A stretch of DNA of 64,000 nt from Utricularia gibba (taxonomy: Eukaryota > Plantae > Magnoliophyta), in NCBI GenBank assembly GCA_002189035.1, contig CM007989.1, positions 3,720,001-3,784,000 on the forward strand, written 5' to 3'. How positions within the stretch are numbered: position 1 is the stretch's first letter; the number at the start of each line of letters is the position of its first letter. The notes beneath the pieces are model-generated. The model had not been told where the DNA came from. It did no database searches and saw only the letters and a list, made by a program, of their open reading frames with translations. Positions 1-13,400 of the stretch are shown here, one piece after another. The translations under genes and the position numbers were made by a program.

Positions 1-1092
1 GCAGGACACATTTTCTCCACGATCAACATCGACTCCAGTCAAATATGAGCGAAGAAAACTCTAGACGAATGCTGAGGACGCCACATCAGTAGAAAGCGAA
101 GACATTCGAAGCCTGGAGGGTTCCAGGAGAAATTTTCAAAGAATTCTGGAGCGCGGGCAGAATTTCGAAAAGACAAGGGACGTGGAGAAAAGAAACTTCC
201 AAGAGTAACGAGCCCGGCCCATTAATGAACGCATGAGCTAACCCAAAATAAACGTCTGAGCCGACGTCATGGGCTTCAAATCCCACGAGCCCAGTAAATC
301 AGTCGACGTCAACACGACTTTTTTTTTTTTTTTTCAATGGCAACGCATCAACATAACTAAAAAGTCTTCGCCTTCCAGCCGTTAGCTTTGAAGTTTTGAG
401 CTGGGCCTCTGATAAAAGAAAAAGAGATGCTCAACTGAATGTGTTGCTGGCTGTAGCGGTTCATCGCTCTGCCGGAGAATTGGAATCGGCGGCAGGTTAA
501 AGGCAAGGACAGAACAAGCAAGCGGTAAGCGTATGGTAATATTGATTTGTTTGGTTTATTAGCGACCATGAGGCGTCTATTCGTCGTCGGGTGCTTCTCC
601 AATGAATAAAGTGCACATTTCAACGGAGCTATTCTCGTGTCGTCGCATTCCTAGCTGCGATTTTGATGATTTAATATTCCACGAATCTGTTGAATTATAG
701 TGGAGAATTTTTCCAGGAGTTCTGTGATGATCATCGACTTCTTTTTAGCCGTGCATTTATTATCTTTTCAGCACTGATACTAGCCATTGAGTTATTTAAT
801 TCAAGGATCGGTGGAAATGTCAAACTTGTCGGCCAATAGGTTATGTGCTTCACCAGAATGGCTTTTTAATGAGCCAAGAGTGTTTGACTGGGGTTCGTGG
901 CCCATCTCCTAGGTAGTATGTGAAGCCACTTACCATTAAAAAATTCTTATAGTGGCGTTGAATTTTTTTGTCGTTTGTCCTGTTTAACTTTTGCTGGTGC
1001 TATAAAGTTGTTTCATCAGATCATCAGTTTCACCCCTCAAGATCAGTTTTTTCTTCCTTCTTTTTTTTCAAGTTTGTGCAGATTAAGAAGGA

Positions 1093-1766
1093 ATGGAGAT
1101 GACCCGGAGTTTAGTTCTTCTGATCCTTGTTTGCTGTCTGATTCGTAGTGGTGGCGCTGTTACCTTCTCATCTTTGAAGGATAGCCTAGTTGTCACTGCT
1201 TCACCCACTACTGGACAAGGTAACATGCTTCTTTCTTCTAGGTTGGCAATTCTGAAGCTTTTTAATAATAACATCAAATCGAATCTGCAGTGCTGAAAGC
1301 AGGGGAAGATGAAATCACAGTTACCTGGTCATTGAACGAAAGTCTACCATCTGGGATTGATTCTGATTACAAGCAAGTGAAAGTAGAGCTTTGCTATGCA
1401 CCAATCAGTCAGGTGGACCGTAAATGGAGAAAAACAGCAGATGATCTCAGCAAGGACAAGACTTGCCAGTTCAAAATTGCTGCCATACCCTATACCTCTT
1501 CCAACAACACCTTCACCTGGACCATCACGAAGGAAATCCCTACAGCTACATACTTCATCCGGGCTTATGCTTTGGACTCTACTGATCAACAGATTGGGTA
1601 CGGACAGACCACAAATCCAAAGAAAACCAGCAACCTGTTTGAAATAAAAGGGATCTCTGGGCGCCACGCCTCCATAGACGCTGCTGCTGCTTGTTTCTCT
1701 GCTTTCTCCATCTTCTCCTTGGCTGGATTCTTTGTGCTGGAAAAGAGAAAAGCCAAGGCTCAGTGA
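1093..1766 (+). CDS. NRT3.1: High-affinity nitrate transporter accessory protein NAR2/NRT3; 2 exons (1093-1219, 1291-1766), about 200 aa
   Basis: N-terminal signal-like hydrophobic stretch. A GT-AG intron (1220-1290) joins in frame to ...VLKAGEDEITVTWSLN...LCYAPISQVDRKWRK...DKTCQFKIA...YFIRAYALD...YGQTTN, ending in the C-terminal TM segment typical of NAR2. Confidence 0.93.
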
Positions 1767-4460
1767 TCCTCCCCTACAGAAACGTTTTCCACACAATTCT
1801 ACAGGTCTTTGAGGCTCTAGAGTAGGCTGTCATAAGCATAATACCAGTAGCTGCTGGGATGCATAATGGGAACTTGCCAACTTCAGTAGTCTCGCTTGTT
1901 GTCAGTAACCTAATAAGGCACCTGAAGAAATGCTTTGCTTTGCTTTTCTTCGGCAGCCTCATGTGATGGGGTGCCAGTTCATGTCATGTACATAATATGT
2001 AACCTAATATGTCCATAGACGTGTTTGGTAGATGTTAAAATGAAATGTACGAAAAATCAATACTTTGTTTGATCGATGTGGTTTTATATGATAATAAAAT
2101 TTAATTCAAAATTAAAATTTCTTTTGTAAATGATATTTTACTTTCAAAATAGCGATAAAAAACTTTTAAAATAAAATAATTATTTATAAAAAAAGTTATT
2201 TTAAATATTCCAACTTTTTCACTAACCAAATATCAAACATATTTCATAATTTATTCAATACATCTTATTTAATTTATATTATATTTTATCATCTTACTAT
2301 TTACTCGATAGTAACTAACAAATAGACCTAGTTTGTTTGATAATGGATTTTATATCATTTCAAAACATATTATTTTATTAATTTTGATAGTTATTTTTAA
2401 TTAATTTAGACTTCAATTTCTCATTATTTTCAATATATTTTGTATTTTTCATACTCTTTTGATTTTTTTGAAAAAAAAGTATATTTCATGGATTTTTAAA
2501 ATATTTTTAGATCAATTTGAAAAGAAACCAAGAGATATCAAATTATGGATCTAATGGGCCACGAATTTCAACCCAAGATTTGGTCAAACGATGAAGATTT
2601 GATCTAAGATGCATGTATAAAATAAATATTTGGAGATGATCTTGGAATATTTAGATAAAATATTTGGTTAAAAAATCATATCCAATCCTATCAACCAAGT
2701 ACAACACGAAGATTTGTATATAATATTCTATAAATAACTCACTCTCTCCACTATTAGAGATATATATGACCATCTTTCTCTTGTATTTTTGCTTATTTTC
2801 ATGTTAGAATCGAGTCTACCCATGTAGGTGCTTGCGGTTGAATATTTGCGATGAAACCTTGTTTGCACAAGGTCTATGCATATGATTCATTTATCATGTT
2901 TTTCAACATTTAATTTGAGATTTAATTTTATTTTTCTCAACGTTTTCTTTATCAATATACTCTTTAGTATCATGTAGTCCCAAAGAAGTGCGGAAGAATC
3001 TCATATTAACCTTAAGTATTTAAAGAGAATGGCTCAATTGGATATCATTGATAAGACATATTCTATCTAATCTATTTGAGATGTGTGAAGTGTAGGAATT
3101 AGATTTATGTATACGGAAAACACAGGTTATCACATGAGATGAAATGACTCTGGTAGTGTAGTTGATTCTATAATTCCACTAAATAATATACTGTATTATA
3201 ATGATTGTTGAGTAGCACTATTTTAGAATAATACCCTTAAAACTTGTGAAAACAAGTCAATTCTCAAAGTTTATACACGTAGATGTGAGCGATTTTTGAT
3301 CAAGATGGATTTTAGATCCAAATTCACTTTTATTATTGTTTTTAAAACCAACATCTTTATTTTGTTTTCGATATTTTGAATCATTATTTGAAAAAAAAAT
3401 TGCAATAAGAACTCACTCTGAATATGAACTTATTTTATTAATTCGACGTTTTTTATGCATTTGCATAATTATCATACTTGTTAAAATGATTTAATTATTG
3501 ATATTTTAAAATTAAATTTATAAATACTAACTTAATAATATAACTTTAATAATCATTTATTTAAGTTATTTTTCAAATGGATGGATTTTTTTATGTTATT
3601 ATATTTACTTTTTAAATTTAATAAAAATGTTTATAAAAATTATATAATTTGTAAATTGTTTTTATGTACCGATGGAAGAAAGTATGAAAGGATTTGATAT
3701 GAATTGATGTTAGTTATGGATAAAATAAAGAGATAGTTTATATAGAAGTACATTTTTTAATTCTGTATGAACAATTTTTTAGAGAAGATAACGTAAAATT
3801 GTGAAGATTATATATACAAAACAGACAATGTTGTGTAAGCAAATTGTTTGTTGTTATATTTTACATACAAAGTTAAAGATTTTTTTACTTAAGTTACTAT
3901 ATTAAAAAAGTAAATAAATGTTTCTTAGGTACAATCCCAAAATTGAAGGAAGTGAATGAATGAACTATGTTCGTTTAAAATTTTAATTATATGGTTTAAG
4001 ATAATATAATTGATGTATTTAAATTTAAATATACTTGATAAATAAGTATAATTTATAAAATATATTATTTAATTTTTTTTCAATAGATATCTATAATAAA
4101 TTTATTTTTTTCTAAAATAGTTTTAACGTAAACCATCATTTTAACTAATTTTATCTATTAAACACTAATATGAAATAAAATACATTCAAAAGTAGCTATA
4201 AAATAAATGGATAATTATTTATTATTATATTCATCTCGACATATGGAATAAATAACTTGAATCAACATTATTTGAATTACATTTTTAATTTAATATTTGC
4301 TTACTTTTTGTAAATATTTAATTATCATCATTTAAGTCCTGGGGCCCATGTTTCATTCTTGATGATGTCATCCAACACATGCGTTCTTGGCGGTCTGAAG
4401 TCTGAACTATTGTTCTATATAATAGTTTCCTAAATTACTGATGGATTGACTATCGGAAGG

Positions 4461-6434
4461 ATGATGGTCTTGCTGTCTGTGGCGCTTCCCTTCTTCACTG
4501 TTCTGGTGTTTCTGTACTTCCACAGCCGTCGCTGTTCCCCGTCACGAGGACGGACGCTCCCGCCGTCGCCGTGGAAGCTTCCGGTAATCGGAAACCTCCA
4601 CCAGATCCGGGGCCCGCTTCCTCATCGTTCACTGAAAGTCTTGTCCGACGTGTACGGACGCCTCATGCTCATCCATTTCGGGGTGTTCCAGTTCTGGTCG
4701 TCTCCTCCGCTGAGGCGGCGTGCGAGATAATGAAGAACCAGGACTTGATCTTCTCCAGCAGGCCATATTCAAAGATTCCAGACAGGCTTTTTTACGGGGG
4801 CAGGGATGTTAGTTTTGCTCCGTATGGGGAGTACTGGCGGCAGATTAGAAGCTTAAGCGTTCTACATCTTCTCAGCAACAGAAAAATCCAGTCCTTCGCA
4901 ATGTGAGGGAGGAAGAAGCATCCAACATGATCGAGAGGATAAGGCGAATGGCGATTTCTTCTTCGACCGTAAACCTGTCCGAACTTTTTGTTTTATTCAT
5001 GAATGATGTGATTTGCAAGTCGCTTTGGGGAAGATGTACGGAGAAGATGTAGAAGAAGTATTTTGAAGAAACTTCTTCCTGAGTTTGTGCACCTGTTAGG
5101 TGTATTAAACATAGGTGATTACTATAGGAATAATGGCGCTGCAATTGAATTGAAGAGGACAGAAGACCACACAACAGACTTCCAAGTCGAAGGAGGGCTC
5201 TTTATTAATGTAAAGAGTACGGAAAACATTGTGTAGACTAAGGGAATTTATAGAAAACAAAAATCAGTTGTTGAGATCCTATAATTCCTCCATGCGGTTG
5301 CCTGGAATGATGCCTTTGACTCCCTCAAATAATGGGAAGTAGTTGATCTTGAAGAAGTAAACCTGTTCCACTTCTTTTCATAAGCATACGATTTGACCGA
5401 CTCATGTTCAAGTAGGGTGTACTAGGTTACCGAGTGACATTTTCCATCCTCATTAGGGGTCAGTCTCCTTATTACCCCTCACCTTACGACTCCAACCATT
5501 ATTTCTCCACTGACCCATGTCCTTCAACAATTACATCCCATGGCTGAGTTTCATCAATCACTTCAACGGCTTGAATTCGACAACTGAGAAGATCGCTAAG
5601 CAGTTCGATGAATTGCTGCAAAGACTTCTGGAAGAAGGTAAGGAGAAGAAGCATAGGGAAGAACCAGAATCGAATTGCTTTATAGATACACTGCTTGACC
5701 TTCAGAAAGAGAACGCGGACAAAATCCCTGTTGAAGATGATGCCATCAAAGCTATCATCTTGGCATTCCTTTCTTGCCCAGTTCCTTCAGACCATGTTCA
5801 ATAGTGAAGAATTAAGCATGAACTTGTGGTACAGGACATGTTTGCAGGAGGAACACACACCACATCCACAGCGCTGGAGTGGACGATGGCTGAACTTCTG
5901 AAGAATCCCAGAACCCTAAAAACTCTGCAAAACGAGGTGAGGAGCGTCGCCGGAGACGGCGACAATGTGACAGAAGATGACTTGAGTAAGATGCCATATT
6001 TGAAAGCAGTGATCAAGGAGGCTCTGAGGCTGCACGCACCGACTCCATTTCTCGCAAGAGAATCCACACAGGATGCACAGGTTATGAGGTACGATATTCC
6101 GTCCAAGACAAGGGTGATCGTCAACGCTTGGGCCATCGGAAGAGATCCCCAGGTGTGGGAAAATGCGGAGGAGTTTCTGCCGGAAAGGTTTGAGGGCACG
6201 AAGATAGACTTCAAAGGGCTTCATTTTGAGCTCATTCCGTTTGGTGCTGGCCGTAGAGGCTGCCCGAGAATCGCCTTTGCGGAGGCGGCGGTGGAGATTG
6301 CCCTGGCCAAGTTAGTGCACAAGTTTGACTTCGGCTTGCCGGCAAGGAAGCTGGAGGATCTGGACATGACTGAAGCTCCTGGGATGGGAGTGCCTAGGAA
6401 GTTCCCTCTCCTGGTGAACGTGATTGCGCGTTGA
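4461..6434 (+). pseudogene. CYP71A-type cytochrome P450 pseudogene (copy 1)
   Basis: [30 protein letters not shown] and FGAGRRGC motifs present. Relative to copy 2: frameshifts at about 4680, 4895, 5018 and 5048, a 407-bp insertion at 5123-5529, intron donor GT->GC at 5763, and the heme loop GCPG->GCPR. Confidence 0.9.
5123..5529 (-). mobile_element. Solo LTR (407 bp) inserted in CYP71A copy 1
   Basis: Absent from copy 2. Flanked by a 5-bp TSD ATTAC (5118-5122 and 5530-5534). Termini TA(TG expected)...TTCAACA. On the minus strand there is a TATA-like CTATAAAT (5246-5253) and AATAAA (5201-5206). No internal domain. Confidence 0.8.
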
Positions 6435-6945
6435 CGTTGTATTTCAATGTAAAATATATGAATATTAAATAATATTTGATTAAATAAATATAATTTTAAA
6501 TACACTATCATCCTGCTTTGACTCAGCATGTTCATTGAAATGGGCCTTTTGGGCCGTTTACATGGATTAAATGTTTGGGCTCTATTAGGTTATTGGGCCG
6601 GTTTCCTTCATTCCGAAAATTGAATGAAGATCCAAGGGCAATTTAGACTTTCAAATCGGCACACAAAAGCCTAATGACCGATGTAGGGGTTGTCTGGGTT
6701 AGAGCTTCGTTGCTTCGTGAAAGGTTTCTGCTTTGTGTCGTCTTGGGTGTGATTTTGATGTTGGTACACTCTTGGGGAAGAGGTTGACATGATGGATGAA
6801 CTTTATTTTCTTTTGGGGTCTGGGACAGTGGCATTGTCATTTCTTCCCCAATGCAGTATCTACGTAGTGGATGCAGTACCCTAAACTTTATGTACTACGT
6901 ACTCCTGATATATTGGATTCTAATATCATACTTTCGTTGCTTCAG

Positions 6946-7689
6946 AACCAACGAATTGATGTTGTCTGGCCAGATTTTCCGGTCTTTAGGAATTTCTCAA
7001 CATCAGGTTCTGAACCCAAAGATTTTCTACTACTTCAAGCATGATGCCGCGTGTTAAATTTAAGAGGCTTGACAAAACAGCACGGCACATAATGCAGGCG
7101 CTGCATTTTATATTTCTACTTTCGTTACCGGCCCTGCTGTGCTGCGACTTATTGTGATTTCTGTTTTTCTGTAGATAATTGATAGGGAGGCAGTGGATGA
7201 AGTCAGGGCTAACCGTGAAATACCTGAAATAAAGCTTGGGTATGAAATCCAGCTCAAAGTGGTAAGTAACTTTATGAATTGTAACACACTTTCTGCTATT
7301 TACCATTCTGGATTCTGGCTGCAGGAAGTTCCAGAGAACAAAAGACGCGTTTCCACCATGAAAGGCACTGTTATAAACTTATAGCTAAGCGTAATGCTGG
7401 TCTACAAAGTACTTTTAGAATAAGGAGGCATGAAGCGGGAGTTTGCATTGAATCACTCTTCCCTCTGTGAGTTCCATCTCCCATGTGTTTGCAAAGAGCT
7501 AGCCGCTAAAATATTGTGTTCTTGATGCTATCCGGGTTTTCCCCTTTTACATCATCTGAGTGTGTCAAGTGTTGCTTCAATAGGTACTCCCCGAATATAA
7601 AGGAGATCAAGGTTTTGGGTAAGAGGAGAGTGCGGAGGGCTAAACTTTACTACCTCCGGGACAGGATGAATGCACTGAAGAAGCAATAA
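6946..7689 (+). pseudogene. RPL19: Organellar ribosomal protein L19 pseudogene (copy 1)
   Basis: Same exons as 14476-15213, but the ATG exon is deleted, one base is missing at about 7025, and an 8-nt insertion at 7376-7383 shifts the frame. Confidence 0.88.
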
Positions 7690-8914
7690 ATATTTCCTCT
7701 TAAATAGGACAGAACAGCAGCCTATAAAAAATCATCAAGCTAGTTGATCAGCATCCGGTTGGTTCATCGGTTTATGGCTTATGGAAACTAGAAATGAACA
7801 GGTCACTGCACGAGATGCTGATGGCTGCTAATCGTGTTCTTTTTATATGCCTTGTTTGATCGATGTGGTTTTATATGATTGTAAAATAATAAAAATTTAA
7901 TTCAAAATTAAAATTCCTTTTGTAAATAATACTTTACTTTTAACATAAATAAATAAAAATTTAATAAAAACAATTATTTATAAAAAAGACTATTTAAAAT
8001 ATTCCAACTTTTCACTAACCAAATATCAAACATATTTCATAATTTGTTTATTTAACACTAATATTAAATAAATGGTGGATTTTGGTGAGGATATTTCAAA
8101 TTACAATTAATATAAATAATTTAATTTTTATGTTTCAAAATTATGTTATAAATTCCTCAAATTATTTTTTGAAAAAAATTTACCTTCTAACTTATTATAT
8201 TATATATTTAATTTTTTTATGTTATTAAAATTAATCGATTTTAACTCTAACATTGTTATAATGATACATCATACAATATGCTATATAATTATCATTATTT
8301 TATATTGTATGAGATTCAAATATGATATAATTATCATCAATTGAAATCATTCGTAACACAAATACAATATAATTCTAACATAGGTATCATTCAATTTATT
8401 CAATTATAGACGCAAATACAAAAATCTATAACATAAAATTTTGTTGTGTTTGAAATTATAATCAACTAACGATATTGTAAATCAGTTCATTTTTTAAAAA
8501 TTTTGAAAACTACTTGAGTATTGTTCTATGGTTTTGACAACTTGAAATTTTTTTTTCTAATTTTGAAACTTGAAAATGAAATTTTTTATACTGAATAAAG
8601 TTGAGATATTTAACTTATAATTTAATCATTAAGTAAGATACTTTCAAAAGTCACTATCAAATAAATGAATAATGATTTATTATTATATTCATCTCGACAT
8701 GTGGGATAAATAACTTGAATAAACATTATTTAAATTACATTTTTAATTTAATATTTGCTTATTTTTGTAAATATTTAATTATCATCATTTAAGTCATGGG
8801 CCTATGTTCCATGCTTGTTGATGTGACGCAACAACACATGTTTGTTGGCGGTCTAATGAAATATAGTTCTATATAATAGTTTCCTAAATTATTGATGGAT
8901 TTATCACCGGAAGG

Positions 8915-10485
8915 ATGATGGTCATGCTGACTGTGGCGCTTCCCTTCCTCTCTGTTCTGGTGTTTCTGTATTTCCACAGCCGTCGCTGTTCTCCGTCACG
9001 AGGACGGAGGCTCCCGCCGTCGCCGTGGAAGCTTCCGGTGGTCGGAAACCTCCACCAGATCTGGGGCTCGCTTCCTCATCGTTCACTGAGAGCCTTGTCC
9101 GGCATGTACGGACGCCTGATGCTCATCCATTTCGGGGTGTTCCAGTTCTGGTCGTCTCCTCCGCGGAGGCGGCGTGCGAGATAATGAAGAACCAGGACTT
9201 GGTCTTCTCCAGCAGGCCATATTCAAAGATTACACACAGGATTTTTTACGGGAGCAGGGATGTCGCTTTTGCTCCGTATGGGGAGTACTGGCGGCAGATT
9301 AGAAGCTTAAGCGTTCTACATCTTCTCAGCAACAGAAAAATCCAGTCCTTTCGCAATGTGAGGGAGGAAGAAGCATCCAACATGATCGAGAGGATAAGGC
9401 GAATGGGGATTTCTTCTTCGACCGTAAACCTGTCCGAACTTTTTGTTTTATTCATGAATGATGTGATTTGCAGAGTCGCTTTGGGGAAGACGTACGGAGA
9501 AGATGGATATAGAAGAAGTATTTTGAAGAAACTTCTTCCGGAGTTTGAGAAGCTGTTGGGTGCATTAAACATAGGTGATTACATCCCATGGCTGAGTTTC
9601 ATCAATCACTTCAACGGCTTGAATTCGACAACTGAGAATGTCGCTAAGCAGTTCGATGAATTGCTCCAAAGACTTCTGGAAGAAGGTAAAGTGAAGAAAC
9701 ATGGGGAAGAACCAGAATCGAATGGCTTTATAGATACACTGCTCGACCTTCAGCGAGAGAACGCGGACAACATCCCTGTTGAGGATGACACAATCAAAGC
9801 TATCATCTTGGTATTACTTTCTTGCCCAGTTCCTTCAAAGCATGTTCAATAGTGTAGAACTGAGCATGGACTTGTAGCACAGGACATGTTTGCAGCAGGA
9901 ACACACACCACATCCACAGCGCTGGAGTGGACGATGGCTGAACTTCTGAAGAATCCCAGAACCCTAAAAACTCTACAAAACGAGGTGAGGAGCGTCACTG
10001 GAGACGGCCACAACGTGACAGAAGAGGACTTGAGTAAGATGCCATATTTGAAAGCAGTGATCAAGGAGGCTCTGAGGCTGCACCCACCGATTCCGTTACT
10101 CGTTCCAAGAGAATCCACACAGGATGCACAGGTTATGGGGTACGATATTCCGTCCAAGACAAGGGTGATCGTCAACGCTTGGGCCATCGGAAGAGATCCC
10201 CAGGTGTGGGAAAATGCGGAGGAGTTTCTGCCGGAAAGGTTTGAGGGCACGAAGATAGACTTCAAAGGGCTTCATTTTGAGCTCATTCCGTTTGGTGCTG
10301 GCCGTAGAGGCTGCCCTGGCGTCGCCTTTGCGGAGGCGGCGGTGGAGATTGCCCTGGCCAAGTTAGTGCACAAGTTCGACTTCGGCTTGCCGGCAGGGAA
10401 GCTGGAGGATCTGGAGATGACTGAAGCTCCTGGGATAGGAGTGGCTAGGAAGCTCCCTCTCCTGGTGAATGTGATTGCGCGTTGA
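8915..10485 (+). CDS. CYP71A-type cytochrome P450 (copy 2); exons 8915-9810 and 9883-10485; single -1 frameshift at GGGG 9134-9137, probably a sequencing error
   Basis: TM anchor, [52 protein letters not shown]. Canonical 72-nt GT-AG intron. Adding one G restores [12 protein letters not shown]. Confidence 0.85.
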
Positions 10486-10499
10486 TGTTGTATTGGAAA

Positions 10500-13400
10500 C
10501 AGCACCGCATGCATTACACAAATACTCATCCTTTGGTGTATTGAATACGTATTTGATAAGTAAAAGATCAATATGTAATACGATATGTATTGATATAAAA
10601 AAAACAGAAAATTTTTTGTTTATATTTTCTAAACTGATCGGGAGAATGCTTTCTCACTGGATTTTGATTTCTTTGTCTTTGAATTTGTAATTTTAACCAT
10701 CTTACTTTTTTGTCCAATGCCACCGATCATAATCAAAGGTATTGTTGCCTATTTGATTTCAATTTCAAATGTTTTCTGGGTTAGAGTTGTTTAAATTAAA
10801 AGGTTTTGACATGAGTCTTTTTTATTTCCTATGTTTTTGAATCAATGATGTATTATTGTATCTTATTTTGATCATCTTTTTGATTTCTAGTTGTTGTTGG
10901 TGTGATTCAATGATTTCTGAAAATATTGAAATTGTGGATGATTGTTACGATGAGTTAGGAGATGAACCTGAGAATGAAGTTCAAGACACTTTTTGGAAGT
11001 ATGTCGAGAACCATGAAAGTGTTAGAAACACTAATAAAGTTTCTTTTACTTGCAATTATTGTAAAAAAATATTCACAGTCTCATATTCAAGAATTAGAGC
11101 ACATTTACTAAAGATAAAAGTCCAAGGTATTGCTGTTTGTCCACATATTAATGCTTCTCAAAGAGTTGAATTAGTTAGAATTCATAATCGATCAAAGAGG
11201 AGGATACATGCTCCAACTCAAAGTCCAGAACCATACAAAGTTAGTCAAACTTCAATTGGTTCTTTCTTTCATGCACCATCAAGTGCAACACTAATATCTA
11301 TTGAGTCTGATACTTAACCTTGTGTCAAGAAAAAGAGAAATGGTTCTAAAAAAACTATTGAAGAAGCATTTTAGCTGCAAATCATAAATGAATTGGATTT
11401 AGCAATTACTAAGTTCTTTTTTTAGATGGTATTCCATTTATTGTAGCTATGAATCCACATTTCAAAGAGATGATTAAATTGCCTTTGGCAACGTGATTCA
11501 TTTTTAAGGTTTTCTAATGCTGTTGTTTGTTTTATTTTCAAATATTATTGTGATTGTTTTTTATTTTCGAATGTTGTTGTTTTTCATCATATTTTCGAAT
11601 GTTGCTGATATGATTTTCGAAATATTAAATGAAATGATGGTGATATTATATCTTTCTATTTGTTTTATAGGATACACACTATCCAGTTATAATGTTATAA
11701 TAACAAAGCTTTTAACACTAGAAAGAACAAGGATTGATGCTACACTTGAACCAATTAGAGAAACTTGGAAGACCAAAGGTGTATCAATTGCTTCAAATGG
11801 ATGGAAAGACTCCGAAAAACAATCCTTGATCAATTTTGGCAGTAAATGATTCGAGAACCCTCTTCATTGAAACAGATAATTGTGAAGGAGATAAAAAAGA
11901 TGCTACATATATTTCTATATTGATGGAAAAAGCAATCTAGAATGTTGGCATAGATAATGTGATCCAAGTCATAATTCACAATGCAAAGAATTGTAAGGGA
12001 GCTGGTTAGCTTGGGCAACAAAAATATCCTAAGATAGTTTCATATTTAATCAGAAACATATTGTTGTTCTTCTTTATTTTTTTTATCAGAAATCTGCTAC
12101 TGTTCTTTTAGTGCTTTGCAAATTCAACACTTTCATTTTATTCAAAATTCAAAACCTTTTACTTGCTAAATATTCTATATAATTCTTCATTTGAAATACA
12201 ATTACAGATTTATTAGAGTCCATGCCAAGTTCATAGTATTAACTTAGTCTTCAAAGACTTGTTTAATGCATAGAACACAAGAGAAAATGAAGGTGCATCT
12301 TAAGCATTTGCATGGATGTCTAGGGTGGTGAAAAGACGGATTGTGGTAAGAATCTTTATAACAAATTATAGTAAGTGGAAGCTTATGTTTCATAAGTACT
12401 TCAAAGTTGCATTATTAACTCTGATTGAGACTTGATTTGCATCCTACATTGTCATGATGTTAAGGTTTCAAAGTGTTAGAGATGATTTGACCCGTATGAT
12501 ATCTGATAGTGATTGGAATACATTTAGGCATGAAGTGTTGATAAAGCTTTAGAAGTTAAAAAGATGATTTTGGATGATGATTTGTAGGAATCAATTGATT
12601 ATATTTTAAAGTTTACTGAACCTATCTATATCTTGCTACGTGAATTTAATACTGATAAACCGAGCTTGCATCTTGTTTATCCTGGTTGGAGCAATGTAAT
12701 GTGTAAGATTAAGAGAGTGATTCTTGATCATGAAAGCTGCATTGTTGAGGATGAATCATTCTTTTGGGGTTTGTTAAGAAAGTGCTCAAAAAGAGGCGTT
12801 TGAATGTGATAACTCCATTGCACACTATGACATACTCTTTAAACTCGAGGTATAATGAAACACAATTACATTTTTGTTTATGGTCTTACAAATTTTCTAT
12901 TTACAAATTATCATCTATCATTATTGCTCCTGTAGGTGCACTACAAAACAATGGCGAGAGAAGTATCCTGAGCTTGCACCGGTTCAATTAGATCCAATTA
13001 TAGCTAACTTAAGAATGAAGTGGCTAGAAATCTTGTATCTGAACTTACAAGATTTCTAGGGTGTCGACAAATTTCCTCTTGTTGTTGCGGAAGAAACTAG
13101 AGCACGTATTCATTCATATATTTAACTAGAAGAAATGCATTGCTTCCAAGGGTTGCTAAGGATTTGGTATATATTCACACTAACCTTTGAATTCTTTCTA
13201 AAAAAACGCAGGAATACATCCAAGGAGATTCACGTTTTTGGGACATAGAAGGTAATGCTCCGAATAGTGCTTCAATTGATTCTGTAGCTACTCCTCACGC
13301 AATAAGGATGTCAACTCATGAAGCTAATATAGAAGCATCAATATTGACACAAGTCACACAACTAGTAGAAGTTGAGGACTAATTTGTGTTTTGGTGAATA

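Larger units (their letters stand above)
2065..7836 (+). repeat. Tandem segmental duplication, unit 1 (AT-rich upstream + CYP71A pseudogene + RPL19 pseudogene)
   Basis: 2065-2250 matches 7852-8050 (ttgtttgatcgatgtggttttatatga...ccaaatatcaaacatatttcataat). 4180-6434 matches 8640-10485. 6440-7836 matches 13665-15360. Confidence 0.9.

Noticed and set aside
1-623. Minus-strand ORFs 86-286 and 357-623
   Set aside because: No recognisable family. Site II-like motifs near 200-295 suggest the promoter of a gene outside the window.
859-880. NRE/NLP-like motif TGGCTTTT-N9-AAGAG upstream of NRT3
   Set aside because: The spacer is one base shorter than the TGACCCTT-N10-AAGAG consensus and the left half is degenerate.
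2018-2328. Possible Tourist-like MITE
   Set aside because: Termini match only about 9/14 and the TSD is unclear.
5798-10571. Long antisense ORFs over the P450 exons (e.g. 5798-6214, 9846-10265) and similar shadow ORFs over other genes
   Set aside because: Explained as reverse-strand shadows of real coding sequence.
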